Shown here: positions 13,653 through 26,814 of the stretch, piece after piece
Position numbering within the stretch: the first letter of the stretch is position 1
Layout: each line of letters opens with the position of its first letter
DNA from: the human T2T-CHM13v2.0 reference genome, Homo sapiens
Length of the DNA stretch: 64,000 nucleotides
Strand: one strand, 5' to 3'
NCBI RefSeq assembly: GCF_009914755.1
Contig: NC_060937.1
The notes under the pieces: model-generated
What the model was told of the DNA's origin: nothing
Database searches by the model: none
The model's input: only the letters and a program-made list of their open reading frames with translations
Position numbers and translations under genes: made by a program

Positions 13653-15884
13653 CACCAACCTTTCTTTATGCCCAATCTCTTCATGAAATGCATTGCTTCT
13701 GGCTCTAATGAAAATGTGAAAGTTCTTTAAAGAGACTGGCTGTTCCTATTGCAGCCTTCTAGAATTGAAGGCACTCATTCATTATGCTCCATATACCATC
13801 TTAGCTGCAGCAGTTATATTTGACATAACTACTGGGATGTGTCCAAACCAAAATCTTACTGAGGATGAGAGGAGACACGGGCAAGAAAAAATGATGAGAT
13901 GCGAAGGGGACAAATGGGCAGTTGGACAGAGACAGTTGAATTGGTATAACTATGAGAGAGAGAAACAGAGAGAAACAGCATACTTTGTTTTACATAATTT
14001 TCAAATAATGGCAGTGGCCTAGAAAGAAACCTCAATGCACCGGTGATGAAACAGAAATTGACTGATGAGTTAGGAATTTAGGACCAAAGACAGAAAACTT
14101 CTTGCAGTCTTGATGTAAGCAAAACATTTCTATGCTGGAGAAAAACAAAACACCTTTTAGGGAAATGTAGTACATATGGAATGTCTTTTAGTGATACTTC
14201 CTTTCACTAACACACTTAGACTTCAATTCTACTTCAATTCTTCAATTCAATCTAATTCTCCTGTTCTATAAAATTATATGTGTGGCAAGAAAAAGAATTA
14301 TGTGACATGGATGCCAAACTAGGGAAGATAATAAGAAAAGGCAAATTGATTTCTAATAAATTAATGGATTTGTGCATCTTTAATTAATGGAAAATTTTAT
14401 AATGTGTCTTTGGAGATCTAGCAGAATATTATTACACATAGGACATATGGGACATACAGTTTTTAACTTCTTTTGCTGAAAGTTAATGGAAATAAAACTA
14501 ATACAAATCATGGAGTTTGCCCCTGTGAAATTATTCCTTATGTGTGGGCTGGCACAAGTTTCAGTAGGAGTCTACATGCATCTCATATAAATCTTCATTT
14601 GGATTCCATATAAGCAACTGAGGATGTTATGTAAAAGGATCTTGTGTAAAGGCAACATGTGTGTAAAATCAATATTTTATTCCCAATTCTAATAATTGTT
14701 GATTTATGGATTATTATTAAAATAAGATACATTTAGAATCAGTTCTTTTAGAGTTGCCAAGATTATATTTATCTTTTTCCTACAATATGTCAATATTGGA
14801 ATCTGACACACAGAAAGATAGTACACTGCAATAAAAAAGAAGCAAACATACTAAAGTGGAATTAACTTTAAGAAGCTCTGACAGATGCAAAGTGCTTCAC
14901 ACACATTTCTCTGTGTTGTTTAACATATGTTGTCAATTAAAAATTGCTTAAGAAATATTTAACAAGACAAATCTATCACATTCAAAGGCTGAGAAAATAG
15001 TTTTTGCATATATGTGTCTTATTTTACTTTTGAATATTTATGTTAAAAATCGAAGTTTATTTGCTCAAGTTATGCCTTAAGTATCTTTTTGAAAGACGTA
15101 TTTTTCTGATATTGTTTTTCAAAGGTGGTACGCACATTTCCATTGTTAACATTTCGTGACTGATTGTACATAAAATATTTAACATAATGAATGGAGGAGG
15201 CATTTATCTCCATTTTACTTATTTTTTAACTTTGTTGATGCCACATGGCTATTTTAATTTTAGAGCTTAATTATTTCTAGAGAGTGAAGACTGCACATTA
15301 GAAAAGGAGTATTGAGATATACACACATAGATATGTGTGTATTATATTTTCCATTGCAAGAATGGGGGTCAATAGTTGCCAACATAGAAAGAATCAAAAC
15401 CACTAATTTACATGATGAGAAATATGTTAACTGAAACCCACAAAGTTTACAAAACAACCTTTACAACCCAACTGATCCCACAGCATAATCATTGTCATAT
15501 TTTGCAATATCAATTGTTAGGTGATAATTTAGTAGTAGGGAGATAGCAACACCTCCAGCAGTGTCTATGATAGTATGAGTGGGTAGTCTAGTTTAGTCCC
15601 AGATTGAAAGAGGTCCTGATAACCATGTTAATTAGATTAGGCCTCAGGCAATTTTACAGTACTGTTCATTGTAAGACCCAATAGATATAGCTGTGATCTA
15701 ACAGGGAATGATAAAGACCAACAAGCAAACAAATTAATTATGAGGCAAAATAAACCAGATATGTTTTCCAAATTTCTGCAGCTCTTTCAGGAAGCAGATT
15801 TCTGGTGTTGAAAAACCAGATGAGGTATTGGGTCAGTAAGTACTTTGGTGCACATACATTAGTTTAGTGATGAATAGGTTTATT

Positions 15885-15975
15885 TCTTCATTCATTCATT
15901 TGTTCATCCAATTGGAGTGTTGGCTTTCCATAGGCATGCAAGTGCTTGTGCTGGGTATTGTGGATACACTAAAAA
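15885..15975 (-). mobile_element. L2 3' end relic
   Basis: ttcattcattcatttgttcatcca tail followed by caagtgcttgtgctgggtattgtggatac. Confidence 0.5.
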
Positions 15976-17095
15976 GTGCCTTTGCCCATGTATCTGTCAG
16001 TCAGCAGGCCCATCATTTCTATGCTATGTCAAAAATATGTCTAACAACATGACATAACTGAGGAGATTTCTCCAGAAAATACTGCAGCAGTTCTTATGAA
16101 GCGGACTAGCTTTCCTATCTGTGTATAAACAGAGGCTAGTATTGACATTTTACTATAAGGAAGTCACATAGAGGTATCGATTAGTGTCAGTGAACAGACA
16201 GTCGAAGCAAATACAGATCACTGGTGCTCACTCTTGAAACTGCCTATATTTTAGTACTATTCATTTTGTAACCCTAAAAGAACATAAAAAAGAAAAAAAG
16301 GAAAAGAGAGGGAGGTAGGAGGGAAGTTATTTTGATATGTCTAGCAGACAAATCATTTTGACTCTTTTGTCATTCTTTCTGCATATTTAAAATATCACTC
16401 GAGGATCTTGAGTAAGTTTTATATTTATTATAAATCCTGTTTTCTCCTGGTTATAATTAATATTTTTTGAATTCCAGGTAAAACTTTTGTTAATTAACTG
16501 TTAATATTTTAATTTTAACCTAGTTTTTCTAATAATAAATGTTCCTGAGCTTCCTCCTAATCTCCTTTATTCCTCACTTAATTTGCAAATTGACAATTTT
16601 CAAGAGTACCATTTAACTAAAAAAAAGGGTAAAATGTTTATAGATTTATATATTTATAACTTACTTTCTGTATTGTTACTTTATCATGCAGTTTCTTTTT
16701 GAAAGATGAACATGTTATGGCTTTGGAAAAGTAAGATTCCAGTCTCTTTAGCTAGAGGCTGGAAAATAATAACTTTATAACGGTTCTCTCCTTTCACCTT
16801 GCTACTAAAATAGCTTTTGTTTTCAGATCAAATGTAATCTCAAGTTTCATGTATGTGTTCATTCATATCCTTATTTCAGTGAAATTGCTAAGAAGTCTGT
16901 AAATAATTATTTCTTGCAATTTCCATCCTCCTCTTTGAGATTGCAATACACATATCTTTATATTAAAACTTATGCTTGAGTTGCCGTAGAGGTACATGGA
17001 GAGTCATTAAATGCCAAAGACCAATTATTATACCTAATTCCACTAGATATGAGAAAATGAGTTTAATGACTGGTCACAGAAATCATTTGCAATAT

Positions 17096-17142
17096 ATGTG
17101 TGCATGTCTGTGTGTGTGTGTGTGTGTTCATGTGTGTGTGTG
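17096..17142. repeat. Interrupted (TG)n microsatellite
   Basis: Direct reading. Confidence 0.85.
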
Positions 17143-17879
17143 TCCTGACACCTGCAGAAATACTTTTCTAAGTGTTTTTCTCACCAGTTTTATTATGAGC
17201 TTACTTCTGCACCCAAATCAGGCAGCATAAAATGTCTTCAGAAACAAAACTGCCAATGCAATCCTTTGAACTTTCATTATTTCATTGAAAAATCTATAAC
17301 CCATTTTTTCACCTGCCAGTCTAGATGTCTCACAGAAAGTGAGAGTTTATAGCAGCAGAGAAGTGGTTGAGCAGGCAATGACAGCTGAGGTTGAAGTAAA
17401 TAGATTTCCCATACAAGATCTGGAGCTGTCAACGCTGTCAGTCTACATTCTCATGATAAGCTCACCATTTTAAACCTTTGGCAAGATTTTTCCTAGCCTT
17501 CTCCCCACTTTGTTTAATCTCATGGTGCCTCATACATCTCACTCTGGTGGCAGCAGTGTGTAATAAGTTCAATGACTGTTTCTACTCTGAAAATATTGGA
17601 GATATTGCTGTCCTACCTATCATAGAAATGCAAGTGATTCTCCACTCCAGGGGGTAATACATGTAGACAAGACTCCCTCAGGGTCCAATACTTATCCCAC
17701 TTTGGTGTTAACTATAATGTTTAAAATTTAGAAAGAGTTTAAAAAATATATGCCCTTCAGTGCTGCTAGTATATGGGTAAATTTTTTGTAACATTGTATT
17801 TATTTTAATTCTGCTCATGGAAGTGAAATCAGTTTTAAAGACACTCTCTTTCCAGCTTACTCTCTGTAGTTCTAGACAC

Positions 17880-19266
17880 CTAAGATTACCCTGGTCTTTT
17901 TAGAAAACACAGTCCCTTGATTCCACCGCCTTTGCATTATGCCTCATTCCTGTCAGGTTCTCATTTTCTTTCGTATCAAATTAGATTACTTAATTTGTTA
18001 ATATAATCACTTCTTTGATGACATAAAATATTCTTTCATCACTCTCATTTCATTTTACTACTCGCCCCTGCATTCAACCAAGTATCTGAATATAACTAAA
18101 CAAAACACACACACTTCACAGTTTTGGCCAGGAAGTTCAAATATGCCTTTCTTCTCCTTGTCAGTCATACCTTATTTTTTCTGCCGTATTTACTCTCTAA
18201 TTCTCAAACACTGAGCATTTCTTCTTCCAAATATCATTGAAGTTGTTGACTTTAATTTTTAATTCACTGAAAAAGTAGAAAGTAGCAGAAGATGTTTCCA
18301 TTGCTTTTACTACACAGATCTCTCTACAGTGTTGTAATAGTGGCCACCCAACCAGACTGCACTCTAATTTAATTGCCTAAACTGTCTCAGCTATGTCATT
18401 CCCTTGCATATTGTATCCCATATCTTGTAACTTAAGAAAGGACATTTTTTTTCTGAAAGCGCTCCTCTTTCTTTTTCATCAGAGCTTTTCTCTTTATTGC
18501 AGATTCCCTTTACCTCAATATATTTCACTCAAAATGTCCTAATATATTTCACTCAAAAACAAAAAAAAAAATGCAAAAGAAAGCAAACTCCCTTGACTCT
18601 ATAAAATACCTTTTTGTCTTTCTCCTTTAAGAAAATATCTCAAACGGCTTCAACTTAGTCAATGGTCCCATTTTCTCCCTTTTTTATTCTCTTTCCAACT
18701 CACTTTCAACCCATCACTTGACAACATTACCAATGACTTTCATATCTTTAAGCCTGACTTTGACTTTGAACAAAACTTGAAAGAAATAATCTTTTATTTA
18801 TCTTCTTTTGCATTTGAGGAAATATTTCAGAATTATTTCTCTTTAGATCTCGTATTGTGCATATATGTAATACATTTTATTAATAGTTACCACCTAATGA
18901 ACATGATGACCTTATTTAAAAACAAAAACAGTAAAAAAAAAATTTTAAACAATCAGAAATACTAGAATAGTGGCTTGTTACTAAGTGTTATTAAGGGACT
19001 ACAACATGGTGCTTGTATTAAAAAAAATAATTCTCCTTCTTAGAAAAATGTATTAAATATTTACCATCTAATGAAGTTGCTTTGCATTCTCTTAATAATC
19101 TTTTCATAATAGAGTTACAAATTCTTCTGGTATTCCTCTGAACTCACACTACCTTTCAGTTCTCTTGATTATCTGTCAGAGGATCCAGACCATTTTGTGC
19201 ATAGCTGTGTCTAACTCAGAATATTATAGGACATGCAATAGGTACTCATTAAGTATTAGTAGAATG
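17880..19266 (+). mobile_element. Fragmented L2 relic(s)
   Basis: Pyrimidine-rich L2-like segments (accaatgactttcatatc near 18730) and a typical 3' end (aataggtactcattaagtattagtagaatg near 19240-19266); boundaries uncertain. Confidence 0.45.
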
Positions 19267-19759
19267 TCTTAAAACATTAGTTTTCTATATCCTATTTTCA
19301 TAAGTAATATTTGTCAGCTTTTAAATATTAGCTCAAAATATAAGAAAATATAGAAACAATTTAGTTTAAATTAATTCATTTAATCTAAATGAAATAAATC
19401 TTTTAGTTTAAAATATAAGGTTATGTATACACACATACACATACATATGTTTTACACACAGATACACACATATATCTTTATATATAAAGAAAAAGAGAAA
19501 GAGAGAATGAGTAGATTCAGAATAAATTCTTCAAGCCTTTTCTTCACACAGTAATCTCTTCCATTTTTTCTGCCTGTTTTTCTCCTACTGGTAATGTTCT
19601 ATTCTGGTACTCAGATGTGATTCTCTTTCTCCCTCCTTGTATAATGTTCATGTCTTTCTCTCCATTATTCATTCATTCTTCTTCCTTATCTCACAAATAT
19701 CTACAGATTTAAAACTTACTTTCATTTCACAAGATTTCTTGTTTCTTTCTGCAAGAATA

Positions 19760-20075
19760 AATACCAAATTTTTATCAAATGTTTTCCAGCATCTATTGAG
19801 AAGCTTACGTTGTTTGTTTTCTTTATACATTAATGTTATCTACTTTATTAAAAGTTTTAGAGATATTAAATATTTTATTTGGAGTTGTTGGGGCATAGAC
19901 ATTGATTTATGGTGAATTTTATTCAAATCTCATTGAATTACAGCCTTGAGCATTTTCTTAGGATTTTAAGATTTTATTATTAATGTTAATAATTAATATT
20001 ATTCTCTTCCTCTTTTACTCCTGTTGTGTATTTTGTTGTAATATGTAAAATGTATCGATTGTTTAAAATTTCAAG
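19760..20075 (-). mobile_element. Old L1M ORF2 fragment
   Basis: aaatttttatcaaatgttttccagcatctattgaga motif. Confidence 0.5.
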
Positions 20076-20080
20076 TTATT

Positions 20081-20383
20081 GGCTGGGCACAATGGCTTAC
20101 GCCTGTAATCCCAACACTTTGGGAGGCCAAGGCGGGCAGATCATGAGGTCAGCAGAGCGAGACCATCCTGGCCAACACGGTGAAACCCCATCTTTACTGA
20201 AAATACAAAAATTAGCCGTGCGTGGTGGTGTGCACCTGTAGTCCCAGCTACTCAGGAAGCTGAGGCAGCAGAATTGCTTGAACCTGGGAGGCAGAGGCTA
20301 ATGTGAGCCAAGATCGCGCTACTGCACTCCAGCCTGGGTGACACAGCAAGACTCTGTCTCAAAAAAAAAAAAAAAAAAAAAAA
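20081..20383 (+). mobile_element. AluS (Sc-like)
   Basis: gatcatgaggtc...gagaccatcctggccaac; A23 tail; TSD tcaagttatt on both sides. Confidence 0.95.
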
Positions 20384-20725
20384 TCAAGTTATTTTGATGG
20401 GTTTAGATTACAATGTATTTATTCTTGGAAAATTTTCATGACTTCAATAACAAAAATTCTGTTGAGAATCTCCTAATAGATAAACAACTTTTTATTTATT
20501 TTTATTTTTGTGTTTAGATTTTACCAAGTGCATGTATATTATTATACGACTCCAGCTTCATCTTTATACTTTAACCTTGTTTTATTTGCTGGTACCTCAT
20601 TCTTAAAAGCACAACACACTTGTACTTTCTTTGATCTGAAAAGTAAGGGCTGTGCTCTCTTGAGTGAATTATTTCCAAATGTTCAGTTATCTGGGGGATT
20701 TCAAATATTTAAACTAGTTAATGGA

Positions 20726-21116
20726 TGGCTTAGTTTGTTTTGGCTGCTATAACAAAGTACTTTAGACTGGGTAATTTACAAATAATAGAAATTTAATTAT
20801 CACAATTTTAAAGGTTGGAAAGTCCAGGATCATAGTACCAAGCAGATTCTGTTTCTGATCAAGGCTCATTCTCTGCTTTGTAGATGGCACTCCTTGCTGC
20901 ACTCTTACATGGTGCAAGGGCTGAATGCTGTGTACTCACATGGCAGAAGGAGAAAACAGCTCCCTCACACTTCTTTTATAAGGTCATTAATCCCATTTAT
21001 AAGGGCTTCACCCTCATTACTTAATCATCTCCTAAAGGCTTTACCTCTTAATATTATCGCATTGGCAATTAAATTTCAACACATGAATTTTGGAAGGACA
21101 CTTCCAGATCATAGCA
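20726..21116 (-). mobile_element. MST (MSTC/D-like) solo LTR, ERVL-MaLR
   Basis: gctgctataacaaagtactttagactgggtaattta, ctcacatggcagaagg, attaaatttcaacacatgaatttt...agatcatagca. Confidence 0.85.
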
Positions 21117-21318
21117 TTAGTTACCTATTATTAATTTGGGTGCAAAATTAAGGCCTAGTGACTTCCAGGATAAAGAACAGTAATTTTCCAAAATGTAGGA
21201 TATCTGATAATGATTAAAGAGTCTTCTTTTGATCCCTTTTCAGAGTAATTTCCTAAAAGACTACAAGGAAAAGAGGAATATATTGAGGACAAAACTATGT
21301 ATTTGAGATTCCAACACC

Positions 21319-21373
21319 CTATCTATCTATCTATTTATCTATCTATCTATCTGTCTATCCATTCATCCATCCA
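21319..21373. repeat. (CTAT)n/(CCAT)n tetranucleotide repeat
   Basis: Direct reading. Confidence 0.9.
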
Positions 21374-21964
21374 AGTAAAATGTTTCCTTTGCATTTTGAG
21401 AAAGTTTGCCATCAGATTTGGCAAACCAAGCAAGAGTAGTTCAGAAGGGTGGAACCACGTTGCTTCCTGCAACTTCATGCCTCTTCTTCGGCACTCCACA
21501 GTTCCTTTAGACCACATTCTGCCCCTTTTCAAGATCTGTTATTCAGTGGATCTGCCATGCCTGCTGACAGGTTTATGCTTTTTCTTCTAGGTGTTATTTT
21601 CTTCCCGACTTGCATCATCACTTGACAAACTCCTGATCAGTCATGTAACCATACGAAGATTTCTCATGTTACATACAGATATTGTCATTCCTTTCTTTGT
21701 CTATGTTCTGTTTATGTAAATAGTATCATTTAACTGTTTATACTATTACCTGTCCTATATGAACATAACTTTCAAGGTCTGGAATGACAAAAAAAATTAT
21801 CTTTATTTTCCTTGATATATGGCAACAGAATTATATACACACATATGTAAGCAATATGATACTTTGGAATAAAAGTAAGAATTACACATCACGTTCTATC
21901 TATGTGGCACATAAACTGTTTTACTATATGCATGGCACAATTTGTTCTGTCATTTTCCTAATTC

Positions 21965-22123
21965 TATTGTTCTCAAACATTAATACATATGAGAATTATC
22001 TGCAGATGTTTTTAACATGGATATTTTTGGCCTCCACCTTGAGAGATTCATTTGTTCATTTTGAACAGGCACCCTTTTATTGTGATGCAGATAATCCACA
22101 TATAACACTTCTAGAAGAAATTT
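21965..22123 (+). mobile_element. MER5A/B-like hAT-Charlie MITE relic
   Basis: gttctcaaacattaatacatatgagaattatctgcaga...tgtgatgcagataatccac...acactt resembles MER5. Confidence 0.55.
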
Positions 22124-23615
22124 GTGGCTTACACTAAACATTTTAATATATGCAGGACTCCACTGAAGCATAAAGTGAAACAGGCCATGCATGTTAAACC
22201 AAGATAGGATCAGATTAATTGAGACTACAGTTTTAATAAAGCTTTTGTGGCAATGCCCTTTCACCACTAGGTGCCATTGTTAATAATGTCTCATTCATTT
22301 TGTGATATGTGACATTTGAAGCTTTTCTTTTTCTTTATCTATAGACCTCAAATTCATGAATTGGATAATTAGTTCTATAATTCTGGATAGAGCAGAACAA
22401 GACTCTTTTCACATGCAAACCCTACTTTCTTGTAGTCTTTTATTTTTTCCTATAAGCCTTAAATTCCCTTGTTCCTGCTTGTGTCAATAAAAAGCGAGTG
22501 AGCTTTGATACCTCTGAAACCAAATATGCCAAAGTAGGGAACTGTGACTTGGGCTGATGCGTCTACCTCTCTCACACATCAAGCTGAAAGCTTTCTGCTT
22601 GTCTATCGATCTACACATTTAGACGGGTTTGACAAGCATGTTATTTTAGCAAGAAACAATACGAAAGGGAGAAAAAAATAACCTTCATTGTATTTAAGCC
22701 TCAGGCTGCTCAGGGCTTCACCCTGGGGGAATTGGATTCTTCTTCATAGGATGCAATTGTTGTCTGGCCTGAAATTTCCAATAAACCTGGAATTACTTTC
22801 AATTGCATTGAGTTAGACATGACCTCAAGGTAGAATTGTATATTAAGTGGATAACTGATGGTTGTTATTATAGGAAAAAAGACACACAAGCTCTAGGAAT
22901 AGCAAATAAAATGAGTTGAACAGAGAAGTTGAACTTTTACCTAATGTTCACAATAAGAGGGTATACTATTTGCTAATGTCCTTTGGAGTGCTTTCATCTT
23001 TGCGGTGAGCATTTGTTTAGGAATTTATCTGTTAGGAACTTTGTTCTTGGTCTTTCTTGGCATTCTTTTAAATTTTGATTATAACACCACTTTCAACAAT
23101 GATTGCAAAAACTAAAGTTTTGTATTATTTTGGCAGATAATAAACCTTTTCCTTTCTCCAAGTTTTGATTTATTCATTAATTCATGTATTTACAAATCTT
23201 TATTATTTCATACATATTTTTGTAACATCAGAACTATGTATAGTATTACAGTTACTTGGTTTTTGCTACTAATATGCTTCATAAAATATTAATTTAATTC
23301 TAGATATTTTTGGGTAATCATGGTTAACTTACTGCATTGTCTTATGTAGTAAGAAAAGTTTTAGAAAAAAATTATAAAATCTCTAAATAATTGGTAAAAT
23401 ATAATGAGTTTTAACTTTGTAGACATAGATGTCTAATTAAATCAAGTGTTTTGATATTTTAAGTTCAGAGTAATTATGATTTAGTCAGCTCATAACTATT
23501 CTCTATACCTGGCATCCTTTTCAGTCATTAAAGGAAATGTTTTACTATTTATGTCAAAAACAGTGTTTCCAAAAAATCTAACGATCCTACATTTTGAGTC
23601 ATTAAAAGTAGTATA

Positions 23616-24513
23616 CAGTAACTTCTTTCTTACTTTCAACAATAGGTTCCTGGAAACTGAACTTTAAGCAAAATGACACACAATGAAACCAGTTTCACTA
23701 TAGGCTAATGGATATAAACAAGAGTTAAGTTCATATGCCATATTTTGGATCACAAAACACCATCAACTTCTAAATAAAGACCCAAAGCCATTCTAATATT
23801 AAACATGAAATGAATGTGAGTTATACATTCATTTAAGAAAGATCAATAAACACAAGTAAGAAAATTATATATCCAATTTTTGTTAGATCAATATGTGATG
23901 GCAATGGTAATGACGGTAGACTAAGTCAAGGAATAATTGTTTGCAGAGCAAAAATGGTAAAGAGCACCTCCTTCCATGTAATTCCAAAACAAATAACAAA
24001 TATGGCTCTCCCTGAATGCTTTCAAAAGCATTGTTTATTGTCATCCATTTGTGTGACTAAGATTTTGCAAATGTTTATTTTATTTATATAATAATTTGTA
24101 TTCATTTATTTTTCAACCCACTTTCCCATTTAAGAAAGATTAATTGTAACAATAAGACTATTATTTACCCATTTAGTCCAGTTCGGGGTCACTGGTGGCT
24201 GTATAGCCTATCCCAGTAGCTCAGGGTGCAATGCAGGAACCCATGCTGCCATTGTCTTACAGGGCCCACTCACACACCCACATCCACACCCACACTCACT
24301 CATACTGGGACAATGTAGACACGCCAGTTCACCCTAATGTGCACAACTTTGTGATGTGAGAGGAAAACCCAGTTCCCAGAGAGAGCCCAAGCAGACATGG
24401 GGAGAATGGGCAAGCTCCACGCAGACAGTGGCCCTGGCCAAAAACCAATTTTTTTCCATCAACTTTATAACAAAACAACAATGAATGAGACAATATTATT
24501 TGAAGACCTGCTA
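23616..24513 (-). mobile_element. MER6 TcMar-Tigger non-autonomous DNA transposon
   Basis: TA-flanked; cagtaa...aataggttcctggaaactg start, gcagacatggggagaatgggcaagctccacgcagacagtggccctggcc block, ttatttgaagacctgcta end; about 900 bp. Confidence 0.9.
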
Positions 24514-26077
24514 TAACTGTTTTCTAAATTAGTACAGTTGCTATAATAATAAATACTTCGGAAATAATTTTTGCTCTGAAGATTTTGCAGGTTAACCCAT
24601 TTTTTTCTATATCATATTTAAAATCCAAATTAATGAACTATTTTATCAAAAAGTACTGCTAAATATATTTAGGCCTACATTTCAAGAAATAAATAAATAA
24701 TGCATTTAGCATGTATTGATTATTTTACATTTCTTCAGGATATAGTTCAGTAATTTACTTAGCCTAAGTATGCTATTATTTTTATAATTTCGAGAAAAAT
24801 GACACATTTCATCATAATGAATCAATCATTCATAAAAGCTTACATTTATAATGTGTTTTAAAATTGAATTACACATATGTTAATTATCACAAACATAATT
24901 GATAAAATATGCGTATTAAAAAGAAATGAGTTATGTTTCTTTTTATGATTTACTTAATGCTTGTGTTGATTTACACAGGATTAGATAATTAAAATGCCTC
25001 ACGAAGATTCACAGTATGCTTGTACAAAGATTTAATCAATGTAAAAGATGAGACACATGAAAGAAAGCAAGCACAAACAGCTGGAGATGTCTGTAGGTAC
25101 AGACATCAGTGTCATTTCGCAGTCACATTATATACACCTCATCTTTGGATTATGAAGAATCAAGATATCTGTAACATATTTCAGTCTCAAGAAGGTCAGG
25201 CTTGAGTTTACTGAATATTTTATATCCCCATTGGTCAAGACAACCTGGGCTCTATAAGTGGTTGAACCAGGTAGAAACCATCAATTTAAACTCTAGCTGA
25301 GTTTCAAACTTTAAACAGTGCATTCTAAGTCACTAGCTAGCACATTTCATCCTTATCTTGCTCAGGGGTCAGAATCCACCCTCCAAGCACATCCAGAGAG
25401 ATATAAGCGTAGTGCTGTCTCAGTTCCACCTGCAAGATAACTCTATTCTTACACGTGGCTTAAACTGGACTAGCCAATTAAGACCTCAGCATCCTTGGTA
25501 TTTTTATTTTAATATGTGAATGAGAAATGAGTCCAGTTTTCCAACCTAGTGTTTAAAGAATTAGCTTGTATTAGCACCTCACAATTTTGGCTTCTGTTCT
25601 GTGACTTCCTCAGCAAAATAAAGTGACCTTCCCTTTCCAGTTGGCTAAAATCAGAAATGTTCTTCTTTGCCCTCTAAGCAGAGCTTTTTGAAATCTACCT
25701 GTGTAATGTCAGAAAAAGGACAAATAATTCCTTCAAAGCAAACATTTTAACTTTATTCCTATCCATTTTCTTTTGTTGCAGACACAGACTTTCTACTCTC
25801 TTTTCTTCCACCTCATATGCCATATCCATTTCTTGTCTCTAAAATGTCTAGGGGCTGAGTAATGTAGGCATTGCATATATTTTAAAATAATACAGAATGA
25901 AGACTTAGGCAAAAAATAAGTTGGTCTCTTCAAAATATCTTGTTTTCTTTTTTATTTTTTTGACAGTGCACAAAGTATTTTGTTTCTAGTCTTGCAAGAT
26001 TAGTGGTCATTACAATATTTTTTTCTTTGTATAAAATAAGCATTTCCCCTAACTGTCCAAATACATATATTTGTCAG

Positions 26078-26078
<1 letters not shown>

Positions 26079-26117
<39 letters not shown>
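26079..26117. repeat. (TG)19 microsatellite
   Basis: Direct count. Confidence 0.95.
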
Positions 26118-26118
<1 letters not shown>

Positions 26119-26814
26119 AGATTTCAGCAGGGCAATTGCTAACGCTTAAGTCTGAGTCACTACTGAGTTTAAATTAAGCTGCCAAAAACAAACAAACAAG
26201 CAAAAAACAGAAAGAAAAAATTATGTAATAGAGAATACATGTAAACATAATAGGATAGAGATGCCTCTTTCCTCAACTTGTAATATTATCTACACTTTTT
26301 TCTCATGTTTATTTGCTCAAGACGTAGGGTGCACTAATTTAGATAAACTAAAATGATTTGCTGCAGCTAAAATCACAGTAAATATAATCTTCCTTATTGA
26401 AAGGTCAACATTCCAGCATATATTATTATTAGAGTAATACTAACTACCATAAATATAATCATGGTAGTTATTTGATAATGAGTTAAGTGTCCATTTGATA
26501 ATCCTGTAAGTTTAATGAAAATCTTTTTTAAAAAATAAAATATGTGAAAATTAAAAATATGTTATTTTAATAATCTTAGGTTGGCTTTAACTTAATATTC
26601 ACATAAAGTGAGTTAACATAGTAAATTACGACTAATCTTACAAAGGTTTTGTATTTAAAATTGTATACAAATTTTATGCATCAATTTATGTAAATACATC
26701 CATAGTTTTTAATCTTATTCTTTGAATCCTATTTTTAGATTCTGCCATATTTTCTTTTTTGAGTCATATTTATATAATTCAGAAAATACTAGTGACTACA
26801 CAGTAGCACTTATA

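Noticed and set aside
16827-16850. Possible plus-strand 24-nt micro-exon (ttttcag|atcaaatg...ttcat|gtatgt)
   Set aside because: Only generic splice motifs; the 8-aa peptide is uninformative and cannot be distinguished from chance.
18517-18558. 18-bp direct repeat aatatatttcactcaaaa with 6-bp spacer
   Set aside because: An ordinary small tandem duplication with no inserted element between the copies.
25350-25460. GATA and E-box motifs (cttatct, cacctgcaagataa, cacgtg)
   Set aside because: The E-box/GATA spacing is not the canonical TAL1-GATA1 composite, and short motifs alone are insufficient.
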